In this document: piece by piece, positions 25,231 through 39,900 of the stretch
Layout: each line of letters starts with the position of its first letter
How positions within the stretch are numbered: position 1 is the stretch's first letter
DNA from: Tubulanus polymorphus
Taxonomy: Eukaryota; Animalia; Nemertea
DNA length: 64,000 nt
Direction of reading: 5' to 3'
Assembly (NCBI RefSeq): GCF_964204645.1
Contig: NC_134034.1
Coordinates: 5,616,914-5,680,913 of the forward strand
Program-made: the position numbers and the translations under genes
Notes under the pieces: model-generated
What the model saw: the letters and a program-made list of their open reading frames with translations, nothing else
Databases searched by the model: none
What the model was told of the DNA's origin: nothing

Positions 25231-25334
25231 CGTTTCTGAAGGAAGACTTCCAAGGACTTTGACCAGTGCAGTGTACATTTCTTCTGGTTTACCTTCAAAA
25301 AATCGTCCACATCCTCCAACAAACAGAGTATCAC
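25231..25334 (-). CDS. HAGH: Glyoxalase II exon
   Basis: (G)[34 protein letters not shown]; phase-1 junction matches the exon at 52084. Confidence 0.96.
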
Positions 25335-26294
25335 CTTAAAGATAAGTGCGCGTCAATATGAGGGAAGTTCAATAAGTCAAATATGGTAAGCTATCAGCAG
25401 GGTTGCCATCAGAATTGACATTAAACCATCAATGAAAATTTTCAATGCAATAAAAGTGACAGACAATATGCATTGACAAAGGATCAATGTTATGTTAGAG
25501 TGTTTTATGTACTACACATCAACTACTTGTACAACACATTATCAGTAAATAAACAATACTGCAGTAAGTCAGTTTTCTTGTATAGAACAAGATGTGTGTT
25601 TGTTGATTCTATGTGTTTAAGCCCTCATCATCAATCGTGGCAGAATCCTACAATCAACCTCCAACCTCCAACTGTATATCTCTATGTTTGCAAAGTCTTT
25701 GGCTTGAGATCACGAGATGAGCACTGAAACCTGGCCGTAGAGCAGTAGAGTTTCGGTGAGGACGACAGCGACAGATTTAACAGATCCAGGACGAGAACTC
25801 AAATAAAGGACCAATGGTCCAGTGGCTCGCCAAACTGGTGTGAAGAAAAACTTTGTCACGTAGGCTACCGGTATGCAAAAAATCATTTCATTGAAAATTA
25901 AACAAGAAAAAAATATATAAAAAAGGACTCCATTTTGATCTGTGTGAACTTTTAATGATAACTGACTTTTAACGAGAATGAAATCTTTGAAAAGTTGATT
26001 TTTCAAAAAACAAATGTTCATATATTGTAATACATCCCTTGAATGATATAAAAGAAATAAAACTATGAGTTACCCGATAAGATACGGTACAAACTTGGTG
26101 AGAGCCTGGGTTTCATCAGAGGTTTTTCCCTTTTATCATATGGACCAATCTGGACAGAAGCTCCCAAGTTCTTCAAATTTGAGGCCAGTCAGTGCCGGTA
26201 CCTGACGAAACAAAGTTTATCGACTGACATGATTTTCAATAATTTCACGATAGGATTGGTTTAAGTAGCTTACATCTTCACTCAGACAAATCGT

Positions 26295-28260
26295 TGTTAC
26301 GCGCGACCTACACCTTGGCGCGCGTACTCTATAACTGATACATACACACAGCGAACACGAGAGTATAAGGCTATATATCATATGCCACTGTACATGACTG
26401 TTTTCAACGCGAACGCCTCACTGTGCCCCAGTTAACAAACAGGCTCCAAAAAGGATCGCTAATGCGAACGTTAATAAAATGACTTCAATTAATGATGATA
26501 AAACAAGTATTCCAGTCATGTAAATATCGGACTCATCTCTAAAAATTCGATGCTATCAGTGAATCAGCCGTGTGGCGAACCTGGAAGTAAATGAGGTAAA
26601 TAGTTTATTCACCAGTTCTATATGTATTGCCACATGTAGTGAGTCATCTGTAGTGAGTGCGCTAAAGTGAGTCATCTGCCAATCCGCTCCCAGCATCATC
26701 CGCATCTGCTCATTATCAGCCATACACAGTTTCAGAGGAGAAACCGGTGCCCGTTCTGTGCTCATCCACTCTCCGTTATGCTGTGTAAATTAACCATGGG
26801 ATTAAACGTAACAGGCTTTGTTTCAATTGCTTGAGTAGCACTCATTCTGCTAAAGCCTGCTCCAACGCCGGGTGGTGTCAAACATGGGGCAAAAAACATC
26901 ATTGGGCCATACACGAGCATGAAGATACAGCGCTGCAGCTGTCTCGAACGGAAACTAAGCAACACTGTTCGAATTCACAGCACGATGAAATCTGGAAGGA
27001 TTCGCCGAATGGGCAATCCCAATTACAGTGCACGGATGTGACAGCGCAATCGTCTGAAACAGCAACCGTTTCTTCAGTTTCAGATGACGAAACCGTGCTC
27101 CTGGAGACCGGAAATGGCCACCTATCACACTGGCATAGGCACATCACAGCCGGCTGCCTCATAGATTATGATTATGTTTACCGACACATGGCAAACATAC
27201 ACTTTTTGTAAACAGATTTGGTGGACACACCACGCGGAAAGAATACAACTGCACTTACATTAGTGTAGACACCACCAATGGTGTTAAAAAGATAGCCGTT
27301 CTGATCACCAGATCATGAAACCGATACGGCAAGAGCATTGGGCACGAATCCGGATACGATAATTAATTCAGACGGGACTACATGGACCAATTACAGTACC
27401 AGGACAGACAATATTTTGCAACCCTATCCCGGTGACTCAACCAGCCGGAGTTAAACTTGGCAATAGCAGAATCAGGCAAGTCATGCACCGTTTACAGAAA
27501 TTAGATCTTGTTGGGGAGTATGCCGGAAATATAGAAAAAGGATACTTTACAGAACAAGGAGAAGGATGTGGAGAGCTAGTCCATTCCCCACATCCCCGTC
27601 CTACGGAACAGCGCTATGATGCCAGTAAGATTTGTTTTTGATGCCAGCTGTGGGAGCCCGTCCCTCAACGAATGTCTGTACGAGGGACCCAATATGATCA
27701 GGGATCTCACAAAGTTGCTTCTGTTGTTTCGCACAAGAAAGATCGCCAGAGTCTTTTTGTGCATCAGGCTGAAACCAGACAATAGGATATTTGTGAAATT
27801 CCTATGGTACCAGAATAATGACCTTTCAAAATCTCTCGTTCCCTACTGTGCCAACACGATCATATTTGGCAACGTTTCGTCACCGTTTATGCTTGCAATC
27901 ACGTTACAGACACTCCGGGGATATGATCCGTCATTGCTTTCGATGTAATTAATAAGCTCTACGTTGATAACCTGCTGACAGGTGTCGACTCGGAGGCCGA
28001 TGCTTTGCGTTACTATCACTAATCGATGGACATTATGCAGCACCGGAGCATCACCCTACAACAATGGACCAGCAATTGTCCAACAGTCAATGACCAGGCA
28101 AGACGTGACTTGGTGCACGACCAGTCGGATTTGATTACAATTTTGGGATTGTAATGGGACCCACTCACAGACATGATTTTCTTGGCTGGAAAAAGTTTTG
28201 AGAGAGACAAAGATCTCACGAAGCGCACTGGCTTTTTGATTAATCAATTCAGTTAAGTCA
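26295..28260 (+). mobile_element. Decayed Bel/Pao LTR retrotransposon
   Basis: Probable short LTR tgtta...ttaaca (26295-26437). Gag knuckle CFNCLSSTH..KAC...CQT.GKKHH. RT motifs RFVFDAS...SLNECLYEGPN, FGNVSSPFML and LYVDNLL, then ILGL*WD. Confidence 0.88.
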
Positions 28261-29238
28261 TTTATGGTTGAAAGAACGATTAGTTTATCAGTCCCATATC
28301 GATTATCAGCAACCACCTAAACTTGAGAGAAAACATAGGCCTATTGCTGCAGCATCCAAGACTGATAGTAATGTCAATGATTATATCTCGAAAATTACTT
28401 ATTCATTCTAAAAAAAAGTCATCCATCCTGCCAGGTGGTCAGATGAAACATCGGAAACTGAACCGATTATGTTTTTTTGAAATGTTAGCTGTATTTCTCA
28501 TACTGCTTATTGGACTTGCAGTCACATCAGCGGTAGCGCTGATGGAAAGAACATATACTATTTTCTTACAAAAGAGCAAAACAACAGGGAAAATACTGGT
28601 AGTGACAAGAGTAACCAATCACCACAACGCATATCTCTTTAAAACACGCGTTCATTTGCTAAGAGAAAAACTTTTCAAAGCAGAGCGGGAAAATAACTGA
28701 CTATTATCAAATAGATTTAATCCCCATAATATCATAAAACACAATCGCACTGTATTATAATCAATTACTGCAATATTTTGTGGAATTAAACCACCATTTG
28801 TTTCAATTGTGTTCTTCATTTCCGGGGCAGCCTTCTTCTCTTTTGAAAAGGGCTTAATCAGATAAATCTGTTTTCTCCCAAGGTTGTAGGTTGGTCCATG
28901 TAGGTTCACGTAAAATATTCATATCATGCATATATCCATAAAGAAGAAATCCTTAACCTTATGGCTTAAATCAGTAACCAAATCCAACTCATTAAGCTCT
29001 GAAAGCTATGGTGGTTTATGAATTATGATTGTGTGATTAAACACCGAACTACTTGTCACTCATGTAAAATCAGTTCAGTGAGAAGATATTCAAAATTTTA
29101 GACAAAGGCTCATCCGACGTTGATTGCAAAATTAGGGAGTCCTTATTCGTTGTACCGTACCAGAGAGGACTAGTAGTTCCAAAAATGATAGTTGGGAGGG
29201 GCACACCGTCCCACAAGTCTGCTCCTTGTAATACAATG

Positions 29239-31991
29239 CGGAACGGCCCACTAGTCCGCGGGGCCACTAGTCCGCGGGTCCATTAGTCCGCGGGTCCATT
29301 AGTCCGCGGGTCATTTATCCTTGTCAATATTTTCAATCCACGCCCGATAGGCCACGCAAAATTGATTTCTTGGTTCTCATTATTTATTAAATGTACCCTC
29401 CTCACTTTCCTGAAATTTAGATAAAAAAGTTTGAACTGGTTCATATTCAAATAAAAAGACTCCTCCCCGTGGTGTCGAAAAGTGGAGTCTATACTAAAAT
29501 ATTAAAAAAGACTAGCCCTTCCTCATCAACTTTTTTCAATGTCTCTGATGAGAACCAAGCAATTAATTTTGTATGGCTCAAGGCCATATTTTATGTAACT
29601 TATAAGGAAAGTTGCCTATTGGCCATACGGTGTCTCTGGATGCCTCGATCCTATCGTGGGAAAGTGGCCTGTAATAATTTCTCACTCAGTAGTATTGTAA
29701 CACCCGGCATAAACTGATGAACAATGGCTCAGCGACCACGATTAATATGCGGAGCTCATGGAAGGGGCAAAGTCTTAATTTACGAGGGATTCAAATATCA
29801 GTACAATAAGAAACAGAGCGAAACTATGTTGTGGCGATGCTGGAGATCCGAGTGCCGGTCAAATATAAAAACCAATATATTTGATCGCCAGCAAGATAAT
29901 GCAAATATCCAAGTCATCGGACGGCCCGACGCTCATACCCACGGAACAGATGAATTAATAATCGAAAAAGGTGAATTTTCTAACGCAGTGAAAACTACAA
30001 TACGTAACGATCCAACAAAACCAGTCAAAAGGGTATATGACGAAGAAGCTGTACGTATACGCCGAGGCCAGGGTGGTGGAGACCGTGAGATTCCCTCATT
30101 CCCTTCATTGCGATCTGCTATGAAGCGCACAAAAACTCGAAATATGCCTCCCATACCGCATGACATTGAAGACGTTAACGTTGCTGGTGCATGGGCCACT
30201 GCCTGGAATGACCGTCGTTTTCTACTGCACCAGGATAATGATTGGGGCATTTTAATGTTTGCATCTGACCGTAATTTGTGAGTACTGAGAGCGTGCAAAA
30301 CATTATACATGGATGGAACTTTTCGAACGGCACCACGACCATATGTACAAGTTTTTACTGTACTTGGCGATTACCATGGGCGAGTATCGCCCCTTGTTAT
30401 CGCACTAATGGTAAATCGGGAAATTGGCCATTATCGCCAGATTCTACAGGTTCTGAAGCGCGAAGTAAGAAGAGTAAGCAACCATAGGTGGCGCCCAAGG
30501 TTGGTCGTTTGTGATTTCGAACTTGCACTGATTACAGCCGTGGAAACGGAACTACCCAATGCTAATGTCGGCGGTTGTTACTTCCATTTCAACCAAGCTC
30601 TATGGCGCCGTATCAAGACTCTTGGTCTTGTCAGACCGTATAGAGAAAGAAACAAATTTCGGAAGATAGTGCGGAAGGTGATGTCAATCGGATTCTTGCC
30701 TGTTGCGTTACTCCGAAATAACTTTTGTTTCCTTCAAAATAGAAATTCAACTGCAAGAATGATTAGACGTTATCCTGCATTAAATGACTTCTTGTTCTAT
30801 GTAGAGAATACGTACATACAGGGTCAATTTCCAATTCGACTGTTACGAAAGAAACATGTCATGTCGCACAAACAATATTGCTGAAGGTTTGTGGCTTTTT
30901 TTTATAAAATTATGAAACTAAGCTACCCCAGGGTTCTCTGATAAAATAAATTTCCAGGATCGATTTCCAATCTTTTGGGAATGTACGATAGCTGGTCCCA
31001 TAACTTCAATAATTATTCCGACCACCATATTCGCTGGGTAGGTAGTGCGGGGTGTGATCTTGGCTAGATAGAAACTTAAATATTTTCTTTTTGTTGGCAG
31101 TCATGGCAAATTTCCTGAACCCATATAAAATATAGCTCAGCAAACGTGCCCAGTTTCAAAAACCATATATTCATTATCTATAGTATTTCAGCGTTTCACA
31201 GGTCCTGGAATGATAGAGTAGAGGTGAGACACCCGAATTTATGGATTTTCATTCGACATTTGAAAGATCTGCAGGTCCAGACAACTGAAGGCATTTCCCA
31301 GATGAATCGAGGCGGGCAACCGACTGTTCGCCGTCGTAAATGGCGTAACCTCGAAAATCGCCGTAGATAACTACTGGAGGGCTGTTTATCATGCAGTTGT
31401 TGACTTCTGAAGTAATATTGATGTGACACGTTCATGTTGTTTGTTAGTTCTATACCAGTAGTTGATTTTTGTGAGAGACTTCGGAAGCAATTAAATTTGT
31501 CTCATAGTAGTTCTATACCAGTAATTGATTTTTGTGACAGACTTTGTCTCATATAGTTTTTGTTTTGGTGTACATTTTGCACCGTTTTTTGACTTTTTAT
31601 TCAATTTATCCAAGATCGAAGACCTGTTTTATGCGAGAATTATCCATCCAAATAATTTGTATGATAGGCAGACGTTTGTATAGGCAGACGTTTGTCTATC
31701 TTAACTTTTTAATTTTTATCATGGCTGAATCAGCAGTGTTTCTAATGAAAAAAAAACTCATTCTTTAGAATATTTACTCGTCTAATTTGCATAAAGTGTC
31801 AAGTTCTACCTATAAACGATCTAATTTTCTATTAAATCACACTTTGCTAGAGGAGATAATGGCTTCTATATACATTTTTCCGATTAAACGGAAATATAAT
31901 ATGAAATATGTAGAACCGTTGAGCTTGTCTACCTCTGATGTCTCTGGCCAGGCGGCAGACTAATGGACCCGCGGACTAGTGGACCGCTCCC
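29239..31991 (+). mobile_element. Mutator (MULE) DNA transposon with FLYWCH-MULE transposase pseudogene (29724-~31370)
   Basis: TIRs built from 15-bp ccactagtccgcggg units; TSD core atacaatg at 29231-29238 and 31992-31999. Motifs WRCWRSEC...H.H, MDGTF, VCDFE, GCYFHFNQALWR and HPNLWIFI; one stop at 30279 plus 3' lesions. Confidence 0.93.
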
Positions 31992-32197
31992 ATACAATGT
32001 GGTGGCATGGAGAATTTCAGTCAAGGGATAGGCTAAAGTAATTAGTAGAAGGGGGATATAGTTATTGCTAAGTTTACAGGCTTCCTTCCACTAATCATAC
32101 ACTTTATTTCAGGAGGAGATGCAATGAGTTTACTAGGAAAAGTTCTTAAAAAGTAATGTAGAGTAAAACATAAACTAAGAACATATTCTACCTTAAA

Positions 32198-34854
32198 CCC
32201 TCTAGGGCCCACTGTTGTGATATTACGACAGTATTTTGGGCACCTGGCCCATGGTCCTAATCTTCGCTGAAAAATACTAATTTTTTTGTTAAACGACCTC
32301 TAAAACTCGTAGTTGTAATATAACAACCGTATAGTGGCGCCGGTTAACGGTAGTAGCATGAACTAACCAGGAAAAGAAAGCTGGAATTTTTCACAAGCCG
32401 GTCACAGAAATTTGGACTTTTGAAGACTGGAATTTAGCAAGATAGTGGTACGTATCATAGTTTTATACCAGTTAATATTGAAATTAAATGTATAAAGAAC
32501 GTTAAGAACGTATTTACAGTAAAAAATTACGCATGACTTGTATGTGAGGGGAGGGCTAAAATCGGTGTTGTAATATTACAACAACAGGAAATTTCAAGTT
32601 CAATTCAATCAAATTTTTGGAATTGGATTTTAATATTTGTAAAGCATTGATTGGTAAATTAAACTATAGTAGTCCATGGTATCATTATTTCAGATAGCAA
32701 ATAAATCAATGAGCCTTGGAAAAATACATCAACTTGGAAAATTGACGGCGATATTGTAAAAAAAAATTTATTCATTTCAACATGTCTGGTAACACCACGA
32801 TTCATTATATTTTGCAGGATGAATATGTCTAGAAGAAGTAAATATAAATCTGTACTTGACGTCCTAGAAGCCCTTGATGATGGTAATGATAGTGAGTTAG
32901 ATGAGGAAAGTGATGATGAATATGGGCCAGAAGCGGGTTTGACACATGATCATTCAGATAGTGCTGACGACGGCGATGATGATGGGTTCGATACCTCAGA
33001 TGATGAGCCCTTGGTTAATTTAGTTCCTCAACCTGGTACCAGTACCCAATCAAAAACCAGTATCATATCGCTGGCGTAAAGGTGCAAGTCTTCAGCTGAC
33101 TGATACAACGTTCACGGATAACAATTTGACACCATCATCGGAATCTGTCGAGACACCATATGAATATTTCAGTCGGTTTATAAACATGCTGGAGGTTGTA
33201 GTGCAGTTTTCGAATGTATATAGTATCCAGAAGAATGGAACTGTAGTTAATTTGACAACCAAAGAACTTGAGCAAGTTTTAGGCATGTATTTACTGATGG
33301 GCCTGGTCAAAATGCCATCTGTCAGAATGTATTGGGAACAGGAGACTCGTTTTGGACCAGTTGCAGATGTAATGGCACGTAGTAGATTTGAGATAATCCT
33401 TCGAATTTTGCATTTTGTTGACAATGAAACTGCAAGTGATCAACAGAAAAAGGATAAAGTATGGAAAATTCGCAACTGGTTGGACGCATTACGACATAAT
33501 TGTCTAAAAGTGAAACCGGAAGAACATAATTCCGTTGATGAAATTATGGTGGCTTCAAGGGGAAATATAGCTCCATACGCCAATACATAAAGAACAAGCC
33601 ACATAAGTGGGGCATAAAGATTTGGGCCAGAACTGGCATATCTGGTATTCTCTATGACTTTGGTATATATCAGGGTGGTGGTGGCACACGTTCAGCGCTT
33701 GGCGTCGGTGGTGATGTGGTGACTAAGCTATGTAAATCACTACCAGAACATAAGAATAACAAAGTTTTCGCCGATAACTATTTCACTGGTTTGGGGCTCA
33801 TTGTTGCATTGCGTTCAATGGGTATACATTTCATTGGTACAATTCGAAAAAACAGATTACCTAATTGCCCACTGCTGTCAGAAAAAGAGATCTTGAAAAA
33901 AGGCAGGGGCTCCTATGATGAGGCTGTGGAGACAAATTCTCAGGTGGTGGTTGTGAGGTGGGCTGATAATAAGGCTGTTACATTGGTGTCATCGTATACC
34001 GGGGTAGAGCCTGTAGATGAGGTGAAACGTTGGGATAAAAGCAAAAACGACTTTGCTATGGTGAAGCGTCCGAACATTGTGATTCCGTCATGGTAGCAGC
34101 AGTCAACGCCTGGCTGCTCTATCGTAGAGACTGTCCTCTTCTTGGCATTAGTTTGAAAGAAGTGATGAATAACAGGCGATTTCAAGTGAAATTGCTAATG
34201 CTCTAATCTGGAAAAATGCGCAAAGAAAAAGAGGTAGGCTACTGGCTGATGAAAAATCCCCCAAACCAGTGAAATTGGTTCGTCGCGGTCCTGTTACCGA
34301 TGTTCAGAAAGATGGATTTGGCCACTGGCCAACAAGGCTCGAAAAAAGAGGACGGTGCGTTCTGTGTAAAAAATGCTACACCGATATTGCCTGTGAGAAA
34401 TGTAATATGCGATTGTTTTAGCAGTGCCAGGAACTGTTTCAAACTGTTTCATGTGTAATCTACTATCGGAATGTCTTGGTGAATACAGTCAACCCCCGAT
34501 ATACGTCCCGGTTGACTGTACGCAAGTTGGTATGATAGAAATCATAAACTGGCATTGAATCTTATGTTTAACAGTTTGTATGTTCCAATATAGTGTCAAC
34601 TTAGCATTTATAATAAATATTGAGGTTTGATTTCTCTGGTATTAGCCTAACAGAAAGTTTTTTAAAAAAAATTTTATTTCATTTTTGTGAACCTCAATGC
34701 CCGCTGTTGCAATTTTACAACATTGCCAAAAAGGGGGCCAAAGATTTTGTTTTTACATTTGGCTACAATTTTGTGGTTTTTGGGTCCAGATCCATCAATT
34801 AAATACCTCAAATATTTTTTTATTAGTTTAAAACTAGGTCTGGGCACTAGAGGG
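32198..34854 (+). mobile_element. piggyBac transposon with frameshifted transposase (32819-~34458)
   Basis: TIR ccctctagggccca / tgggcactagaggg; TTAA on the right and ttaaa on the left. Motifs SVDEIMV, KPHKWGIK, FADNYF, GTIRKNR and WADNKAV; C-terminal Cys-rich domain. Confidence 0.93.
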
Positions 34855-35129
34855 TTAAGAATTGTTGACTCGGTCACAATATCAAGAGCAATAAATATGA
34901 AATAGATGTATTTTGATGCAAAAAATTTAGATGTTTAAATTTGTTGCCCCGATAAATATTAAATACGATACATGTATTGCAATCATATGTAGGTTCATCA
35001 AATCCTAAACCAAATGTACTGCAGAAGAAAATAGCAGCAAGGCAATTAGCATGTGCCACGTTGTAAAAAGAACCACTGCAACAGCTTCCTCCTGAAAGAA
35101 GACATTTTGGAAATTTGTCGAAGCCTTTG

Positions 35130-38100
35130 GTCTAAATCATGGCGAGAGCGTCATTGATTTATCTAAGATTCATTGGGCAGTATGAAGAGCTATACAGTGA
35201 AAGGTGTGAGAGTATGTCAGAATGGCTGGTTGATGGCTCATGGTATTTATGCAGTGACACTGAGCGATGTTCTAGCCGTCAACAACAAAGCATCGGCTTG
35301 GTTAGAAAAATACCGGACTGAAAATGCTGAGCATGCACCCAACAAGGCTGAAGCGTGGCTTCCATCCACTACTCGGAAAGTCAACGTCTGGAAATTATAA
35401 CAGAAGGAAAGAGATCTACATAACCTGCCATACCTAAAGCGGACTTCATTCTACGAGTTATGGAAAGAATCTTGCCTAAATGTTAAAATCCGGAAGGTAT
35501 GCACAGAAGATATGTACTTTAACTATTCAAATCACTTAAAGTTAGTTATATCCATACAATTTTTTCATTGAAGTGCAAATCATTTCATTCATTTGGAAAT
35601 TCATAATTGTTGACAAATTCTATATATTTTCTAGGGAAATGCCTTCAAAAAATGTACAACTTGCGTGATTCTAAGTTGTAAGATGCAAGCAACAACGGAT
35701 CCAGGGTTGACAGATCGTACATATAACATAATGCATTTTAGGCCCATTGCCAGCTCAGTCTTTGGGGGTTGGATTTCGAGGAAAGTTTAGCTCATATGAG
35801 ATGAATATGCCATGTAAAGCTAACCCAGAAAATCGTTAAAAGATTAGATAAAACAAGGAGCAACTTTCACTGCTTCTGTCTCCAGAAAACTGCCTTGGTT
35901 TAGGTAAGTTCGAAACCTATATGAGCGAGCACTTACAAAAACTAGGGGTCCAGGGACACCATGCCAACTTGGGAAGTGGTTTCAAATGCTCAACAATCAA
36001 ACAATTTCAATATTCAACGCCTGCTGGTGACCATATACAAAACCAATGATCTTGACACTCACAACAATAATAGAACATCCCAGCAGCTACAATTTTGCAG
36101 TTGATTGTGATAACAAAATATGCCTCGTTACCAATATATTATGGAAATACTAAGTTATTCCATTATTCAACACCTCCTGGTGACCATATGCAAAACCCAA
36201 TGACTTGAAACTCACCACAATCATAGAACATGTCATGAACTACATATGCCTATGCACTGATATAATCAGGAAATACTTATTCTTCAATTCAAAACCCCCT
36301 GGTGACCATATAGAATTACTTATGACCTTAAAACTCACCACAATCATAGAACATGTAATGAGCTACAACTTTCCAATCGATTGTGGTAACAAAATATGCT
36401 TAGGTATCAATATAATGTGCTTTTTCCACCTATGCATGAGTACTGATGACACCAAGATGGCCACCAATTGCGTGATAATTGGCTGATCCAAAATACCTAT
36501 TTCAGGTATTAAAGATCCCTTTCCATAGAATAGCCACCACAAATTGCAATGAACAATGGCTAACCAGTAAGAAACTACAGGATTCAGAATTTGGGACAAC
36601 ATTGACATTTTTGACCACAAATTTTTGATCACAGGACGGCCATTGTGAGTCCCTTCGACCCAATTGTCTTAAGGCTGATGGGCCCTAGATACAAATACAT
36701 ACAGATACAAATACATACGGAAGTTCAAGATAATTGATCATAGTGTCTTCAAAATTTCCCTTGAAAACTTGAAAAAGTGCTGATTTTGGTGAACAATAAT
36801 GGCTGCCAGTAGGCTATGATGTGTCTTGGGTAGATACATGTGTAACCCAAATATAAAGCCAATACATTGAAGAGTCTGCAAAACTTCCCAAAATAACTGG
36901 ATTCTGTCTAAGGCGAAAAGTGAATGCAATAGCCTGCTGGGACTGAAGCTGGGCTAAAGTTTTCGTTAGGCTGACATCTAGAGTGGAACTTCAGGAATAG
37001 GCGAACCCCGAACCCCCTAAATACGGGCATTTCTGTTATGTCTAAGATTATTGGCAACTAGATAATTTTTCGACATTTGGTCAACAGTTCAAGACCAAAA
37101 ACATTCTTATGGTGGCTGCATGTTAAGAAGGAAAGTAGCTTTTGCAAGGCACTTTTCTTGAATTTGAGTAACTGATGCTCTGTACAGATTTTTTTCGGGA
37201 TTCAGTGATATCACTGATTGACGTCGACATTCATATTTTTCTAACGCTGCTGATTATTAAGCAATGGAATTGACTTTTACTTAGAATGGATAGACAGGCA
37301 TATCAGGTCAGAAGAAATCATGCGAAAGCTAATCCACAAGGCTACATATCATAGATTATCAATGGGATGGATCAGAAGAATACTTACATTCCTCATTTAA
37401 CCGATTCAAATCCTAAAGCAAGTTTGAAGCCAGTTTTGATTAAAGCAATGATAATATTTCGACTGTAATTCGGAAATAGGTCATGGTGATGATGAATAGT
37501 TTATGAACATTTTATAACAAAATTCCACAAAATTGGAAGCAGAGCGTAGTTATTAAAAAGTTGTCTAATAGAGCGGATTAGAGAACAGAACAGTTTATCG
37601 AATCGTTCGGATTAAGGATTATTATTTTCGAATCGGAATATTTGTACAGTAATTCGGAAATAGGTCATGGTGATGATGAATAGTTTATGAACATTTTATA
37701 ACCTTATGTCTTACGTATCTGGTTTTTGGTAGTCGAGATTAAAACGTCAAAAGTAGATAGACGTTCTTCCTTGGTAGCTGCGTTACTTTCCTTACTCTGT
37801 AACAACATTTCCAGATGAAATATACACTTTCTTTTAATGGTTAACACTATTTGCAGGAATTTAGCTCTAATGAATTGTTGAAAACTTACGTAACAGATGT
37901 CATATGCCATACCTTGCAGCAGAGATATTACTACTTAGATATCCTACAGTACCTGCATGATTCTAACATGGTGATAAATGTGTTATTGAAGACCTTGCGG
38001 AAGGAGTCATAAATGGTAAATATTGAGTCATAAGTTTTTTCTTCATCCGTCGATCCTTTGAAAGACCCAGTTATTTATTTAACTATTTCATAAATGAATA

Positions 38101-38760
38101 TCACTAGTCCTAGATTCAAAAGAATGATATCGAATGCCTATCTTTACTTCCCGATTGTCATGATTTTATTTTATAGACAAATCTATCATTTCTATCCGTC
38201 GGTCACACACACGAGGATGTTGATTGAAAGTTTTCAGTAATCGCAGGAACTTTAGGAAAGGAGGAAACTTTGGTCTATTTTTGAATGGTCTTTCTGATAT
38301 TAAGGTGTGGCTTGAGACCCATATCAGAAATATATCTGGACATTCGAAGATACAAAATTTTTGCTTCCGCAAAACAGAGGATGGCTGCAGTTAGTTTTAT
38401 AGGAAGTTAAATTCGGGCACATGGCATGTATTGAAAGGTGGATTATTGAATCCAATACCTGTCGGGTGACCAGAAATTTTGATTCAACATTATGACGACT
38501 TTTTGTCAAGCAAATATATCAGTAATTTAAACAAATGGAAAGATTTTTTGGATGATGATACGGAGAACTAGTGGAAAAGATACATTGACACCATAAAAAG
38601 ACTACAACATGACAAGAAATTTTTGGAGAACCATTCAATGGCAGGCGCATGCTGGTTTATGCCTCGTTTAAAAAAATATCAGTTGTCAGATCTTATTGAT
38701 GCAGAGCCAGAAAATCCTGCTAACCTGCTTCAACAAGTTGCAGGAACAGATAATCCAGTG
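35130..38760 (+). pseudogene. Multi-exon Sola-like (DUF7869-type) DDE transposase relic
   Basis: Exon peptides ASAWLEKY...WLPSTTRKVNVW...FYELWKE...VKIRK | NAFKKCTTC | IINGMDQKNTYIPH | YYLDILQYLHDSNMVINVL | SFLSVGHTHEDVD*KFS; multiple stops. Confidence 0.75.
35937..36958 (+). mobile_element. HINE-like repeat, family A, inserted within the Sola-like gene
   Basis: Same start, tandem units and terminal hairpin as 21169-22272. Confidence 0.8.
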
Positions 38761-39189
38761 GTATGTCCATTTCTGTTTTTGAATTATTTTTGTTGAAGTT
38801 TCAGTGAGATACCGCTTTAGCAAAAAGCTGCTTTAATGAGAGGACTATTGGCTCATCTTATCTTTTCTTTACAGATAACTGTTTGATTTCATTGAATGTG
38901 ATGAAAAGTGATTAGAATACATAGTTTTTAGTAGTGGAAAATAAGCATCTGACAGCAAAGAAAACAAATTATAGCCTAGGAATGAAGTCTCCTGTAACTA
39001 TTTTGAAATGACCTGTAAAATAACACAGACACCCTGTCTCCATAGTTAAAACAGTAAAAAAAATTATGTAAAATCGAGTCAGTCATAATAGAATTTCAAA
39101 GGACACAGTCCAACGTTATGGAAAGAAAAATAAAGTAGCGAAATATCGGTAAAGAAAGTTTTAAGTATTCTATAATGGATCTACGGATA

Positions 39190-39900
39190 GAACAATTTCC
39201 ACAAAATTGGTAGCAGAGCGTAGTTATTAAAAAGTTGTCTAATAGAGCAGATTAGAGAACAGAACAGTTTATCGAATCGTTCGGATTAAAGATTATAATT
39301 TTCAAATCGGAATATCAAATAAAGCGTTTATAGACAGAAAGGTGACATTATCATCGAAGAATGAGCAGGATTAATAGCAAAGTAATGTTGGATTACTCAT
39401 ATTAAAATCGTAAGTAGCCTAGAAATCGAATTGACAAATCGACATGGATGTGACTGAGCAGACTAATACTGAACCCATAGTTTCAATAATGGTATTAAAA
39501 AGAGTCAAACAGACTGAAAAATCGAAATTGACCAGACTTTCCAATAAATTAACGCGAGAATTGAGATCTTAGAAACCCATAACTGATGTCATATTGAAGA
39601 CCCTTGACGAAATAGAAGATCAAAAGAAAAAAACGATGAGTGTATCAACAAATTAATAGATGCGATATCAGATCACGAAAGAAATAGTAAATATGAGACT
39701 GATAAAGGATTGCTCTCTCTTCCGGTTGAATTATCACATAATTCAACGTGTTTGCTACCTTTTCTCACACACTGAGGATTATCGGCTTCCATCGAGTAAA
39801 TATGCCTTTGGATTCAACAGATAACAACTGATGAAAATCATATAATGATGAATAAGGGCGAAGCACATGAGAATAAAATGACCACATAGAACGACGCTTT
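39190..39900 (-). mobile_element. Highly decayed LINE endonuclease fragment
   Basis: Minus-strand remnants resembling APE motifs (a GDFN-like motif near 39400-39420); many stops. Confidence 0.35.

Noticed and set aside
28650-32190. Possible CxC/KDZ-type coding relic on the minus strand, split by the MULE
   Set aside because: Only scattered Cys/His/Tyr residues with stops; no motif firm enough to call.
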